In this document: piece after piece, positions 17,169 through 24,445 of the stretch | Layout of the letters: each line of letters begins with the position of its first letter | How positions within the stretch are numbered: the stretch's first letter is position 1 | Assembly (NCBI GenBank): GCA_946623295.1 | Contig: CAMOQY010000001.1 | Coordinates: 1 to 29,216, forward strand | Direction of reading: 5' to 3' | DNA from: an uncultured Lachnospiraceae bacterium | GTDB lineage: Bacteria > Bacillota > Clostridia > Lachnospirales > Lachnospiraceae | DNA length: 29,216 nucleotides | The notes under the pieces: model-generated | What the model saw: only the letters and a program-made list of their open reading frames with translations | Told to the model about the DNA's origin: nothing | The model's database searches: none | Position numbers and translations under genes: made by a program

Positions 17169-18392
17169 ATGGGAATCTACGAAGAACTTCAGGCCAGGGG
17201 CCTCATCGCCCAGGTGACGGATGAAGATGAAATAAGAGAACTGATAAATAACGGCAAGGCCACATTTTATATTGGCTTCGACTGCACGGCGGACAGTCTG
17301 ACCGCCGGTCATTTCATGGCGCTCACTCTTATGAAGCGTCTCCAGCAGGCCGGCAACAAGCCCATCGCCTTGATCGGCGGCGGCACGACCATGATCGGAG
17401 ACCCCTCCGGGCGCAGCGACATGAGAAAGATGCTGACCCGCGAGGACATAGATCACAACGCTGAGTGTTTCCGCAGACAGATGGAGCGTTTTGTCGAGTT
17501 CGGCGAGGGAAAGGCCCTCATGCTCAACAACGCCGACTGGCTCCTCGATCTGAATTATATCGAGCTGCTGCGCGAGGTGGGCGCCTGCTTTTCGGTAAAC
17601 AATATGCTGCGCGCCGAGTGTTACAAGCAGCGTATGGAAAAAGGTCTGAGCTTTTTTGAATTCAACTACATGATCATGCAGTCCTACGACTTCTATTACA
17701 TGTTCCAGCACAACGGCTGCAACATGCAGTTCGGCGGCGACGATCAGTGGAGCAACATGCTCGGCGGCACGGAGCTCATCCGCAAAAAGCTCGGCAAGGA
17801 CGCCTACGCGATGACCATTACCCTCCTGACCGATTCAAACGGCAACAAGATGGGCAAGACCGCAGGAAACGCCGTATGGCTCGATCCGGCCAAGACTTCG
17901 CCTTACGATTTTTATCAGTACTGGAGAAACGTCGGCGATGCGGACGTCATCAAGTGCATCCGTATGCTCACCTTCCTGCCCCTTGAGCAGATCGACGAGA
18001 TGGCGGCATGGGAAGGCAGCCAGCTGAACGCCGCAAAGGAGATCCTGGCCTTTGAGCTGACAAAAATGGTGCACGGCGAGGAAGAGGCCGTAAAGGCTCA
18101 GGAGGCGGCAAGGGCTCTGTTTGCCGGCGGCGCCGAGAGCGGCAATATGCCCGTTGAAGAGCTTGCGGAGGCCGATCTGACGGACGGCGGTATCGATATC
18201 GTCAGTCTGCTCGTAAAGTCCGGCCTTGTAGGCACCAGGTCCGAAGGCCGCAGGGCGGTCGAACAGGGCGGCGCCTCCATCGACGGAGAGAAGATAACCG
18301 ATTTTAAATATATCGTGGACGGAGAAAAGCTTCGCGAGGGCATAGTGCTCCGCAGAGGAAAGAAGAATTACAAAAAAATCATTCTGAAATAA
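17169..18392 (+). CDS. tyrS: Tyrosyl-tRNA synthetase (407 aa)
   Basis: YIGFDCTADSLTAGH (HIGH variant), QFGGDDQW, KMGKT (KMSKS), C-terminal S4 domain; start at ATG 17169. Confidence 0.97.
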   Translation: MGIYEELQARGLIAQVTDEDEIRELINNGKATFYIGFDCTADSLTAGHFMALTLMKRLQQAGNKPIALIGGGTTMIGDPSGRSDMRKMLTREDIDHNAECFRRQMERFVEFGEGKALMLNNADWLLDLNYIELLREVGACFSVNNMLRAECYKQRMEKGLSFFEFNYMIMQSYDFYYMFQHNGCNMQFGGDDQWSNMLGGTELIRKKLGKDAYAMTITLLTDSNGNKMGKTAGNAVWLDPAKTSPYDFYQYWRNVGDADVIKCIRMLTFLPLEQIDEMAAWEGSQLNAAKEILAFELTKMVHGEEEAVKAQEAARALFAGGAESGNMPVEELAEADLTDGGIDIVSLLVKSGLVGTRSEGRRAVEQGGASIDGEKITDFKYIVDGEKLREGIVLRRGKKNYKKIILK

Positions 18393-18393
18393 A

Positions 18394-19515
18394 ATGGGAA
18401 AAGCAGTTAAAAAACTGAAAGAGATCTTTTTGCCCGACATCAGCGCTGCGGAAAAGCGCGAGATGGATCGCGAGACCGTGAAAAACATCCGCACGGTCGC
18501 AAAGATAGCGTGCGTTATTGAGACCCTGACACTTTTGACGTTTGCATTATCCGTAAGGACTATTGACGCGTCGGCAAGGATCAGCATGGTAAGCGTTGCC
18601 TTCTGCGTGGCGCTGTGTCTGTCTGCTGTTCTGATAACCGGGAGCATCCAGAAAAGGGATGCCTACAATCACTACGGCGTTCTCGTTTTCAGCGCAGCGT
18701 TTTTCCTGATGCTTGCAGCGTGGGGAGGCTGGGTCTCGTTCCGTCACTACGTTTCCGGCGAACAGATGATAACCTTCTACGTGATCATGGTCTGCGTAGT
18801 CTGCTTTGTGACATTTTATCCCCTGGTGGGAGCGCTTCTCGTAGCGATGTGCTTCGGGGCATTTTACCTTACGCTTTTCCTCCACGACGGCGGAGCGGAT
18901 ATGGTATTCTTCAATTACATTACCTTCGGAGTCATATGCTGCGCGCTGATAATAGTCAGATTTCACAGACAGCTGGAGACCGTCAGAAAGGCGCTGAGTC
19001 TCGAAGAGACAAATAACAAGCTTCAGTATATTTCCAGGCACGACGCGCTGAGCGGACTTCGCAACCGTGCGGCATTTGCCGAGGACCAGGAGAAGTTTTT
19101 CGGAAAGACGATCACGATCCTGCTCTCCGATATCAATTATTTTAAGGATATAAACGACACGCACGGACACGTCGTGGGAGATGCGGCCATAGTTGCCGTC
19201 GGAAAGTTTATCAGAGAATATTTCCCGGCTGCCGATGCCTACCGGTACGGCGGCGACGAATTCCTGCTTATTATCGAGGGCGCAAGGACGGATATGTTTG
19301 AGTTTGTAAGCTCTGAGTCGAGAGGCTTTTCCATACCCGTCAAGGAGGGCAATCTTATCATAGATATTAGCTTTGGCACCGCTACCGGATCGCCTGCGGA
19401 TAAAACCGAGCTCAGGCGGCTTATCGCGGAGGCGGACGAGGAGCTCTATATGATCAAAAAAGAGATCCACAAGGATGACGATGCGGACCAGGCTCCGGTT
19501 TCGACGGATAACTGA
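18394..19515 (+). CDS. Membrane-bound diguanylate cyclase (about 6 TM plus GGDEF)
   Basis: HDALSGLRNR, LSDINYFKDINDTHGHVVGD, YRYGGDEF, ADEELY; N-terminal half hydrophobic. Confidence 0.92.
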   Translation: MGKAVKKLKEIFLPDISAAEKREMDRETVKNIRTVAKIACVIETLTLLTFALSVRTIDASARISMVSVAFCVALCLSAVLITGSIQKRDAYNHYGVLVFSAAFFLMLAAWGGWVSFRHYVSGEQMITFYVIMVCVVCFVTFYPLVGALLVAMCFGAFYLTLFLHDGGADMVFFNYITFGVICCALIIVRFHRQLETVRKALSLEETNNKLQYISRHDALSGLRNRAAFAEDQEKFFGKTITILLSDINYFKDINDTHGHVVGDAAIVAVGKFIREYFPAADAYRYGGDEFLLIIEGARTDMFEFVSSESRGFSIPVKEGNLIIDISFGTATGSPADKTELRRLIAEADEELYMIKKEIHKDDDADQAPVSTDN

Positions 19516-19561
19516 CCGCAGGGACTTTAAAAGCCGCGCCGCGGCAGCAAGACCAAAGTAC

Positions 19562-19588
19562 AGACCCGCGCAGGATGGGCGCGGGTCT
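19562..19588. terminator. GC-rich hairpin between convergent GGDEF and TIR-LRR genes (no U-tracts)
   Basis: AGACCCGCGC-aggatgg-GCGCGGGTCT, 10-bp stem abutting the TIR-LRR stop codon. Confidence 0.55.
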
Positions 19589-20835
19589 TATTTTACCAGA
19601 ACGACGTCAAAGGATGCGTTTTCTCCCCATGTCAGGGGAACCATATCGGCGCTCACCGTGACGGTGCGCAGCGAGGGGAGGTTCCTCAGGGGCGTGAGGT
19701 CGCGGATGCCGCTGTACTCCAGATGGAGCGTTTCGAGCGAGGGAAGATCGCTGAGCTGCGCAAGATCAAGCTGCCCGCAGCCTGCAAGCGAGAGCTCGCC
19801 AAGAAGCAGATGATCTGAAAGACCGGATATGTCCTTTAGCGGCTGAAGATCCAGCCACAGCGCTTTAAGGCACGGCATCCGGTGAATAAGCGAAAGATCG
19901 GTTATGACTCCCGGCCCGGGAGCGGCTGTATTGACAGCCCATATGCCGTCAGAGACTGAGATGGCGCCGGCGCGGTCGGCAGTCATATTTCCGCAGAAAT
20001 ACAGCTCTTCGATCTCTATCAGTCTTTGTTCGGAGATCACGGGACTGCTGTCGCTCAGCCTGCTCCGGACGGCTTTTTCCTGGAGCTCGTCGGGAAAGAC
20101 TATATCGCCCGTCAGTTCGTTCATCCATTTCTCCCGGTCAACTTCTCCGTGTATGCCAAGATACTGATCTACGGGCGGCGCGGATATTTGCGCGTCGGAA
20201 GGATCCCCGTTTCCGAAGATACGGATCCTCCCGGATAAAAGGCCGTAGAGCAGTCCGGCGCTCAGCATCAGAAGCAGCGCGGAGAGAGCGAAAAAAACAG
20301 GGACCGGATCGATTCCCTCGAGCCTTCTGCGGAAGTAGATCCCGGTAAGCTGGTGGCTGCTCAGGATCGCTCCGGCAAGATCGTCGGGTGTGACTGCAAG
20401 GGAGAGCTGCGAGGCGGCAAGCGCGGCGCGCCCGGCGGCCGAGAGCCTGCGGTCAGTGGAGCCGCTGCCGCGGACCTGGATGTATATGGAGTCTCTCAGG
20501 ACTATCGCCCAGTAGTCGGGCAGCGGAGAGGGATCGAGCCTGACCACGATGATGTGCTTCTTTAAAAGAGTGGCGGTTTTGATCTCGGAGTAGCATATGG
20601 GAGATGAGATGGAGTCCGCGGACAAAAAGAAGATAACGCAGCCGCACGCGCGGAGACGTCTCTCTGCCTGGGGCGCAAGCTCCCTGCCGCAGGGGATCCC
20701 CTCGTCAAACCACACCCTGCAGCGGTGCTCGTGCAGAATGCGCAGGGTATCTGCCACATCATCATATCTCGTCTGTGAATAGCATGCGTATACGTAGGGA
20801 CGGTCGCCCTCATAGGGTCTGAAGGATGAACTCAT
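19588..20835 (-). CDS. TIR domain - single TM - leucine-rich repeat protein (415 aa; 'TIR-B')
   Basis: TIR_2-like PYEGDRPYVYACYS...VWFDEGI...VIFFLSADSISSPICYSEI (Glu84 retained); TM ~178-200 after RRR; LRR cap VFPDELQEKAVR and 22-aa repeats such as QLDLAQLSDLPSLETLHLEYSG; GGAGG SD. Confidence 0.85.
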   Translation of the reverse strand: MSSSFRPYEGDRPYVYACYSQTRYDDVADTLRILHEHRCRVWFDEGIPCGRELAPQAERRLRACGCVIFFLSADSISSPICYSEIKTATLLKKHIIVVRLDPSPLPDYWAIVLRDSIYIQVRGSGSTDRRLSAAGRAALAASQLSLAVTPDDLAGAILSSHQLTGIYFRRRLEGIDPVPVFFALSALLLMLSAGLLYGLLSGRIRIFGNGDPSDAQISAPPVDQYLGIHGEVDREKWMNELTGDIVFPDELQEKAVRSRLSDSSPVISEQRLIEIEELYFCGNMTADRAGAISVSDGIWAVNTAAPGPGVITDLSLIHRMPCLKALWLDLQPLKDISGLSDHLLLGELSLAGCGQLDLAQLSDLPSLETLHLEYSGIRDLTPLRNLPSLRTVTVSADMVPLTWGENASFDVVLVK

Positions 20836-21641
20836 GGCTGACCTCCGTAGAGGACTACCCTGTACCCGGCGCTGTGAAGACTGTCGGCGGCCGGAGCGAG
20901 GGCCTGCGGTATCTCGATCGTAGTGAGGGCCGGGAAAAGGGAAAATTCGGAATTATCCCCCGGCATGGAGGAAAAACGCAGAGTGGTGATCTGTTCGAGA
21001 CGCTGCAGCGTCAGCGGGGCGCCTCCGGTTGCTCTGCGCGCCGCCTGCTCGATCACCGGATCGGAGATAGTTACCATATCTCCGGAGGCGTTTGAAAACC
21101 AGCCAAGCAGATCGCCGATAAGGACTGCCGCCAGTATCGCAAGCGTCAGCGCGAAGATCCAGGCGGAGAGCTTTCTTTTTGAAGATGAGACATTTCTTCG
21201 CTCCTCGTCCAGAAGATCCTGGGAAAAACCGGGAGTGCGGATGAGAGTGCTCTCGATCCCGCGGATATCCGTATGCGGCTCAAAGCGGACATGGCTCACC
21301 TTTTCGGTGAGATCCATAGTCTTTCCGCATTCGTCGCCGTCCATGTCCATGCTGATCACGGGACAGCCTGCGGCGCAGCAGAGCCGGGTCCCGTTTCTGA
21401 ATTCCGGATCGTCCTCAGCTTCGAGAGTAAGATAAATAACGGCAAGAGAGGCTTTTGCAATACGTCCCGCCGCGATATCCTCCGGCACTGAATCGTCATC
21501 ATACCATATCCGGAATCCGCGCGCTGTGAGCGCCCCCAGAAGCTGTGATACAGCGATCCGGTCCTTTTTTGAAAAACAGAGGACCAGATAAGGCTTGTCG
21601 CCGTAGTACGGCGGGTAGATTTGCGTCAGCTTTTTTCCCAT
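20832..21641 (-). CDS. Degenerate TIR domain - single TM - short LRR protein (269 aa; 'TIR-A')
   Basis: PPYYGDKPYLVLCFS...FRIWYDD...VIYLT; TM ~158-182 after KRK; LRR cap ISDPVIEQAARRA...QRLEQITTLRF; ATGA overlap with TIR-B. Confidence 0.8.
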   Translation of the reverse strand: MGKKLTQIYPPYYGDKPYLVLCFSKKDRIAVSQLLGALTARGFRIWYDDDSVPEDIAAGRIAKASLAVIYLTLEAEDDPEFRNGTRLCCAAGCPVISMDMDGDECGKTMDLTEKVSHVRFEPHTDIRGIESTLIRTPGFSQDLLDEERRNVSSSKRKLSAWIFALTLAILAAVLIGDLLGWFSNASGDMVTISDPVIEQAARRATGGAPLTLQRLEQITTLRFSSMPGDNSEFSLFPALTTIEIPQALAPAADSLHSAGYRVVLYGGQP

Positions 21642-21656
21642 GCGCTAAATGGATAT

Positions 21657-23459
21657 TTACTTCGCAGCCTCGAATTTCGCCATGTAATATTTCTGACGTT
21701 CGGCGTAGAGAGCGTTGTAGGTCTCGTTTGAGCCGCTGTGCAGCATCTGCTTGTATTCATGCTGTATCTGGGCTATTTCTGGATCGTGCTCGCAGAGCGC
21801 GTAGATACCGATGTTTGAGCACTGATCGGATATTCTCTCCACATTTACGAGGATATCCGAGAAGATAATGCCCTGGATGGCGCTGCAGGTGCCGTCTTTG
21901 AGGCGCTGAAGATGGTTTTCGCGCATGCCGGCCACGAGGTTGTCGATGACCTCCTCTACGGGCTCGATGCGTGCCGCGGCTTCGGTATCGCTCTCGGAAA
22001 AAGCCGAGCGGGCGTAGTCCATGACCTCGTTAAGCGCTTCGTAGATGACCTTCAGCTCGCGCTTTGCGTAGTCGGAAAACTCAATGCCCTTTTCACGCAG
22101 CTCGCGTGCATTTTCCGTAAGATTGACGGCATAGTCGCCGATACGCTCAAACTCGGAGATGGATTTCAGATAGAAATTCAGAGTATCGTTGAAATTCTGG
22201 CTCTTGATCCTGGGGAAGAGACCGACAAGGTACTGGCTGGTGTGGTCGGCAAGCGAGTCGATGATATCCTCGTTTGCTTCTACCATGCGGATCGTATTTC
22301 CGTCGTAATTGGCGAGCACATCGAGGGCATTGTCCACTCCGTCGTGGGAGAGGTCCGCCATGGTCGAGATCGTCTTGCGCGCGGATTCAAGCGCGAGCGC
22401 GCAGGAGCTGTAAAGAGCCGTATCAAGATGGGCAAGCTGCTCGGTAAGGAGAGCCTCCTGCTTTGAAGGCGGAGCATCTTTTATGATGCGGTGGCTCAGT
22501 TTTTCGAATAAGGTGCAGAAGGGCAGCAGAAGCAGCGCCGTACTGAGTTTGAAGAGGGTGTGAGTATTTGCGATCCCTCCCGAGGTGATCGGGGAAGACC
22601 AGATACCGTCGAGCAGGGATGTGAAGCCGTGAAGGATGAGTACGGCAGCGAGGATTATCACCGCGCCTGCTATATTGAACAGGACATGCACGATACCTGT
22701 GCGCCTTGAATCCGCGCTCGTGCTGAGACCGCAGACTATAGCGGTGGTGATGCAGTCTCCCATATAGATACCGAGCAGTATGGCGTATATCGAGCCGAGC
22801 GAGAGCTGTCCCGTGACGGAGAGCGCCTGAAGTATACCGACGCTGGCCGACGAGCTCTGGATCATGAAGGCTACGCCGGTACCGGCAAGGAAGCCGAGCA
22901 GCGGCTGATCGCCGAGCGTTACGAATAGATTTGCGAAGCTTTCGGATGTCGAGAGCGGGGCGACTGCCGCCGTCATGTTTAAAAGACCGGTAAAGAGTAT
23001 CCCGAAGCCCATGGCGATCGTACCGATCGTGGCGGAATTTTTGATCTTGATGACCATTATGAAGAGAATGCCGACGACCGCTGCTATCGGAGCAAGGGTC
23101 GAGGGCTTGAATACCTGAAGGAATGATGTACCTCCGTCAATATCGAGCAGACGGATGATCTGGGCGGTTATGGTAGTTCCGACGTTGGCGCCGAGTATGA
23201 TGCCGAGCGACTGGTGGAGAGTCAGGACTCCGGCGGAGACCAGACCGGCTGTCAGAACTATTGTGGCGGTGGAGCTCTGTATAAGGGCTGTCACGAGCAG
23301 ACCAAGTATGAAGCTCAGCAGCGGATTTCCGGTCACGTGTCCCATTACGCGCTTCATCGTTCCGGAAGACTGGCTCTTGAGGCCGTCGCCCATAATGCGC
23401 ATTCCGTACAGGAACAGCGCAAGACCACCAAACAACGATATAAAATCGAATACTGTCAT
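21657..23459 (-). CDS. Na+/phosphate cotransporter family protein with C-terminal PhoU-like domains (600 aa)
   Basis: FGGLALFLYGM, two QSSTAT/QSSSASV repeats, GANVGTT, C-terminal ERIGDYAVN and ERISDQCSN; GGGAGG SD at ATG 23459. Confidence 0.93.
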   Translation of the reverse strand: MTVFDFISLFGGLALFLYGMRIMGDGLKSQSSGTMKRVMGHVTGNPLLSFILGLLVTALIQSSTATIVLTAGLVSAGVLTLHQSLGIILGANVGTTITAQIIRLLDIDGGTSFLQVFKPSTLAPIAAVVGILFIMVIKIKNSATIGTIAMGFGILFTGLLNMTAAVAPLSTSESFANLFVTLGDQPLLGFLAGTGVAFMIQSSSASVGILQALSVTGQLSLGSIYAILLGIYMGDCITTAIVCGLSTSADSRRTGIVHVLFNIAGAVIILAAVLILHGFTSLLDGIWSSPITSGGIANTHTLFKLSTALLLLPFCTLFEKLSHRIIKDAPPSKQEALLTEQLAHLDTALYSSCALALESARKTISTMADLSHDGVDNALDVLANYDGNTIRMVEANEDIIDSLADHTSQYLVGLFPRIKSQNFNDTLNFYLKSISEFERIGDYAVNLTENARELREKGIEFSDYAKRELKVIYEALNEVMDYARSAFSESDTEAAARIEPVEEVIDNLVAGMRENHLQRLKDGTCSAIQGIIFSDILVNVERISDQCSNIGIYALCEHDPEIAQIQHEYKQMLHSGSNETYNALYAERQKYYMAKFEAAK

Positions 23460-23660
23460 CTTTCCCTCCCGTAAAGAACCGGTCCCGCACTGTATACGAA
23501 CTGCGGACACCTTCTCAACCAATTTAAATATATTTTATCATTTTGTAAATGTAAAGCGAAAAATATTTTACTAAACCTATAAAAATAATTAACAATAATA
23601 TGAGTTTATTTAAAGGAACAAAAAACACCGCGGCGAAAGAAAATAAAAACGGAGAAAAGC

Positions 23661-23689
23661 TTGACAGGAGCGGTGCGCAAGACTATCAT
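23661..23689 (+). promoter_or_regulatory. Sigma-A promoter for folT-folC-trmB
   Basis: TTGACA-N17-TATCAT. Confidence 0.8.
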
Positions 23690-23694
23690 GCCAC

Positions 23695-23827
23695 GTATGG
23701 ATCCCCTGGCAGATCCTGCGTGCCGTGTCCGGAAGCCATGCTGTCGGAGGATCTGTGGAGATTGCATCGCAACGTACCGAATACGCAGTGGCAGATGCGG
23801 CTGCGTACCGTAAGAGGAGGGGATCAC
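23695..23827 (+). promoter_or_regulatory. Structured 5' leader, candidate translational riboswitch
   Basis: Stems CAGATCCT/AGGATCTG and TACGCAGT/GCTGCGTA; 5' GATCCCCT complementary to AGGGGATC overlapping the SD. Confidence 0.45.
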
Positions 23828-24445
23828 ATGAATGCAAGAAAGCTGGCTTTTGATGCTCTGTTTGCGGCGGTCTGTGCCGCGCTTGGGTATTTTGCCCTCG
23901 ATTTTCTCGCTGTAAAAGTAACTTTTGAAAGTCTTCCGGTGCTGACCGGCGGCCTTTTGCTTGGCCCGGTGCACGGGATAATAATCGGCGCGGTGGGTAC
24001 TTTTATCTATCAGCTGCTCCGGTACGGGCTTTCGTACACCACTGTGCTGTGGATGCTTCCGTATATCGCCTGCGGTCTGGCGGCGGGGCTTTACGCGCGC
24101 TCTGTGCGCTTTTCGCATACCCGCAGGGGAGTCTTCATCACCTCGATGCTGTGCGAGTTCATGATAACCGCGCTTAATACGGGAGTGATCTATGTCGACA
24201 GCAAGTTATTCGGCTATTACACCCCCCAGCTTATCCTTGGAGCGCTGGCGCTGCGTATAGGCATCGCCGCCGTAAAAGGAGCTCTCTTCGGGCTGGTGCT
24301 GCCGGAGATACTTAAAGGGCTGAAAAAGGCGGGGGCAGCCGGATGGAGCAAGGCCGGCGGACGATCGGAAACGTCCGGTACGGCAGGCGGGGAGGATGAA
24401 ATTATGACAGCGCCCCGCGAAGGAGGAGTGGATGACATACGCTGA
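23828..24445 (+). CDS. ECF transporter S component, folate (FolT-like) family (205 aa)
   Basis: Start ATG 23828 with GAGGAGG SD; ALFAAVCAALG, KVTFESLPVLTGGLLLGPVHG S-component pattern; overlaps folC, substrate inferred from context. Confidence 0.8.
   Translation: MNARKLAFDALFAAVCAALGYFALDFLAVKVTFESLPVLTGGLLLGPVHGIIIGAVGTFIYQLLRYGLSYTTVLWMLPYIACGLAAGLYARSVRFSHTRRGVFITSMLCEFMITALNTGVIYVDSKLFGYYTPQLILGALALRIGIAAVKGALFGLVLPEILKGLKKAGAAGWSKAGGRSETSGTAGGEDEIMTAPREGGVDDIR

Noticed and set aside
19511-20458. 12-mer ACTGACCGCAGG at 19511-19522 (+) and within the TIR-B insertion (-)
   Set aside because: A single 12-mer match is expected by chance in 29 kb of GC-rich sequence
19588-21641. Assignment of the TIR pair to Thoeris, CBASS, Pycsar or SPARTA
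   Set aside because: No ThsA (SIR2/Macro/SLOG), CD-NTase, pyrimidine cyclase, STING or Argonaute gene in the window; both TIRs are fused to TM-LRR instead
23520-23580. Possible Pho box (TTTACA-TTTACA on the minus strand) upstream of the Na/Pi cotransporter
   Set aside because: Repeats are adjacent (6-bp period), not the ~11-bp period expected for PhoP/PhoB boxes
23695-23827. Canonical THF-I, ZTP or preQ1-III riboswitch call for the folT leader
   Set aside because: Only fragmentary resemblance; the conserved cores as I recall them are absent, so it is reported as a candidate only
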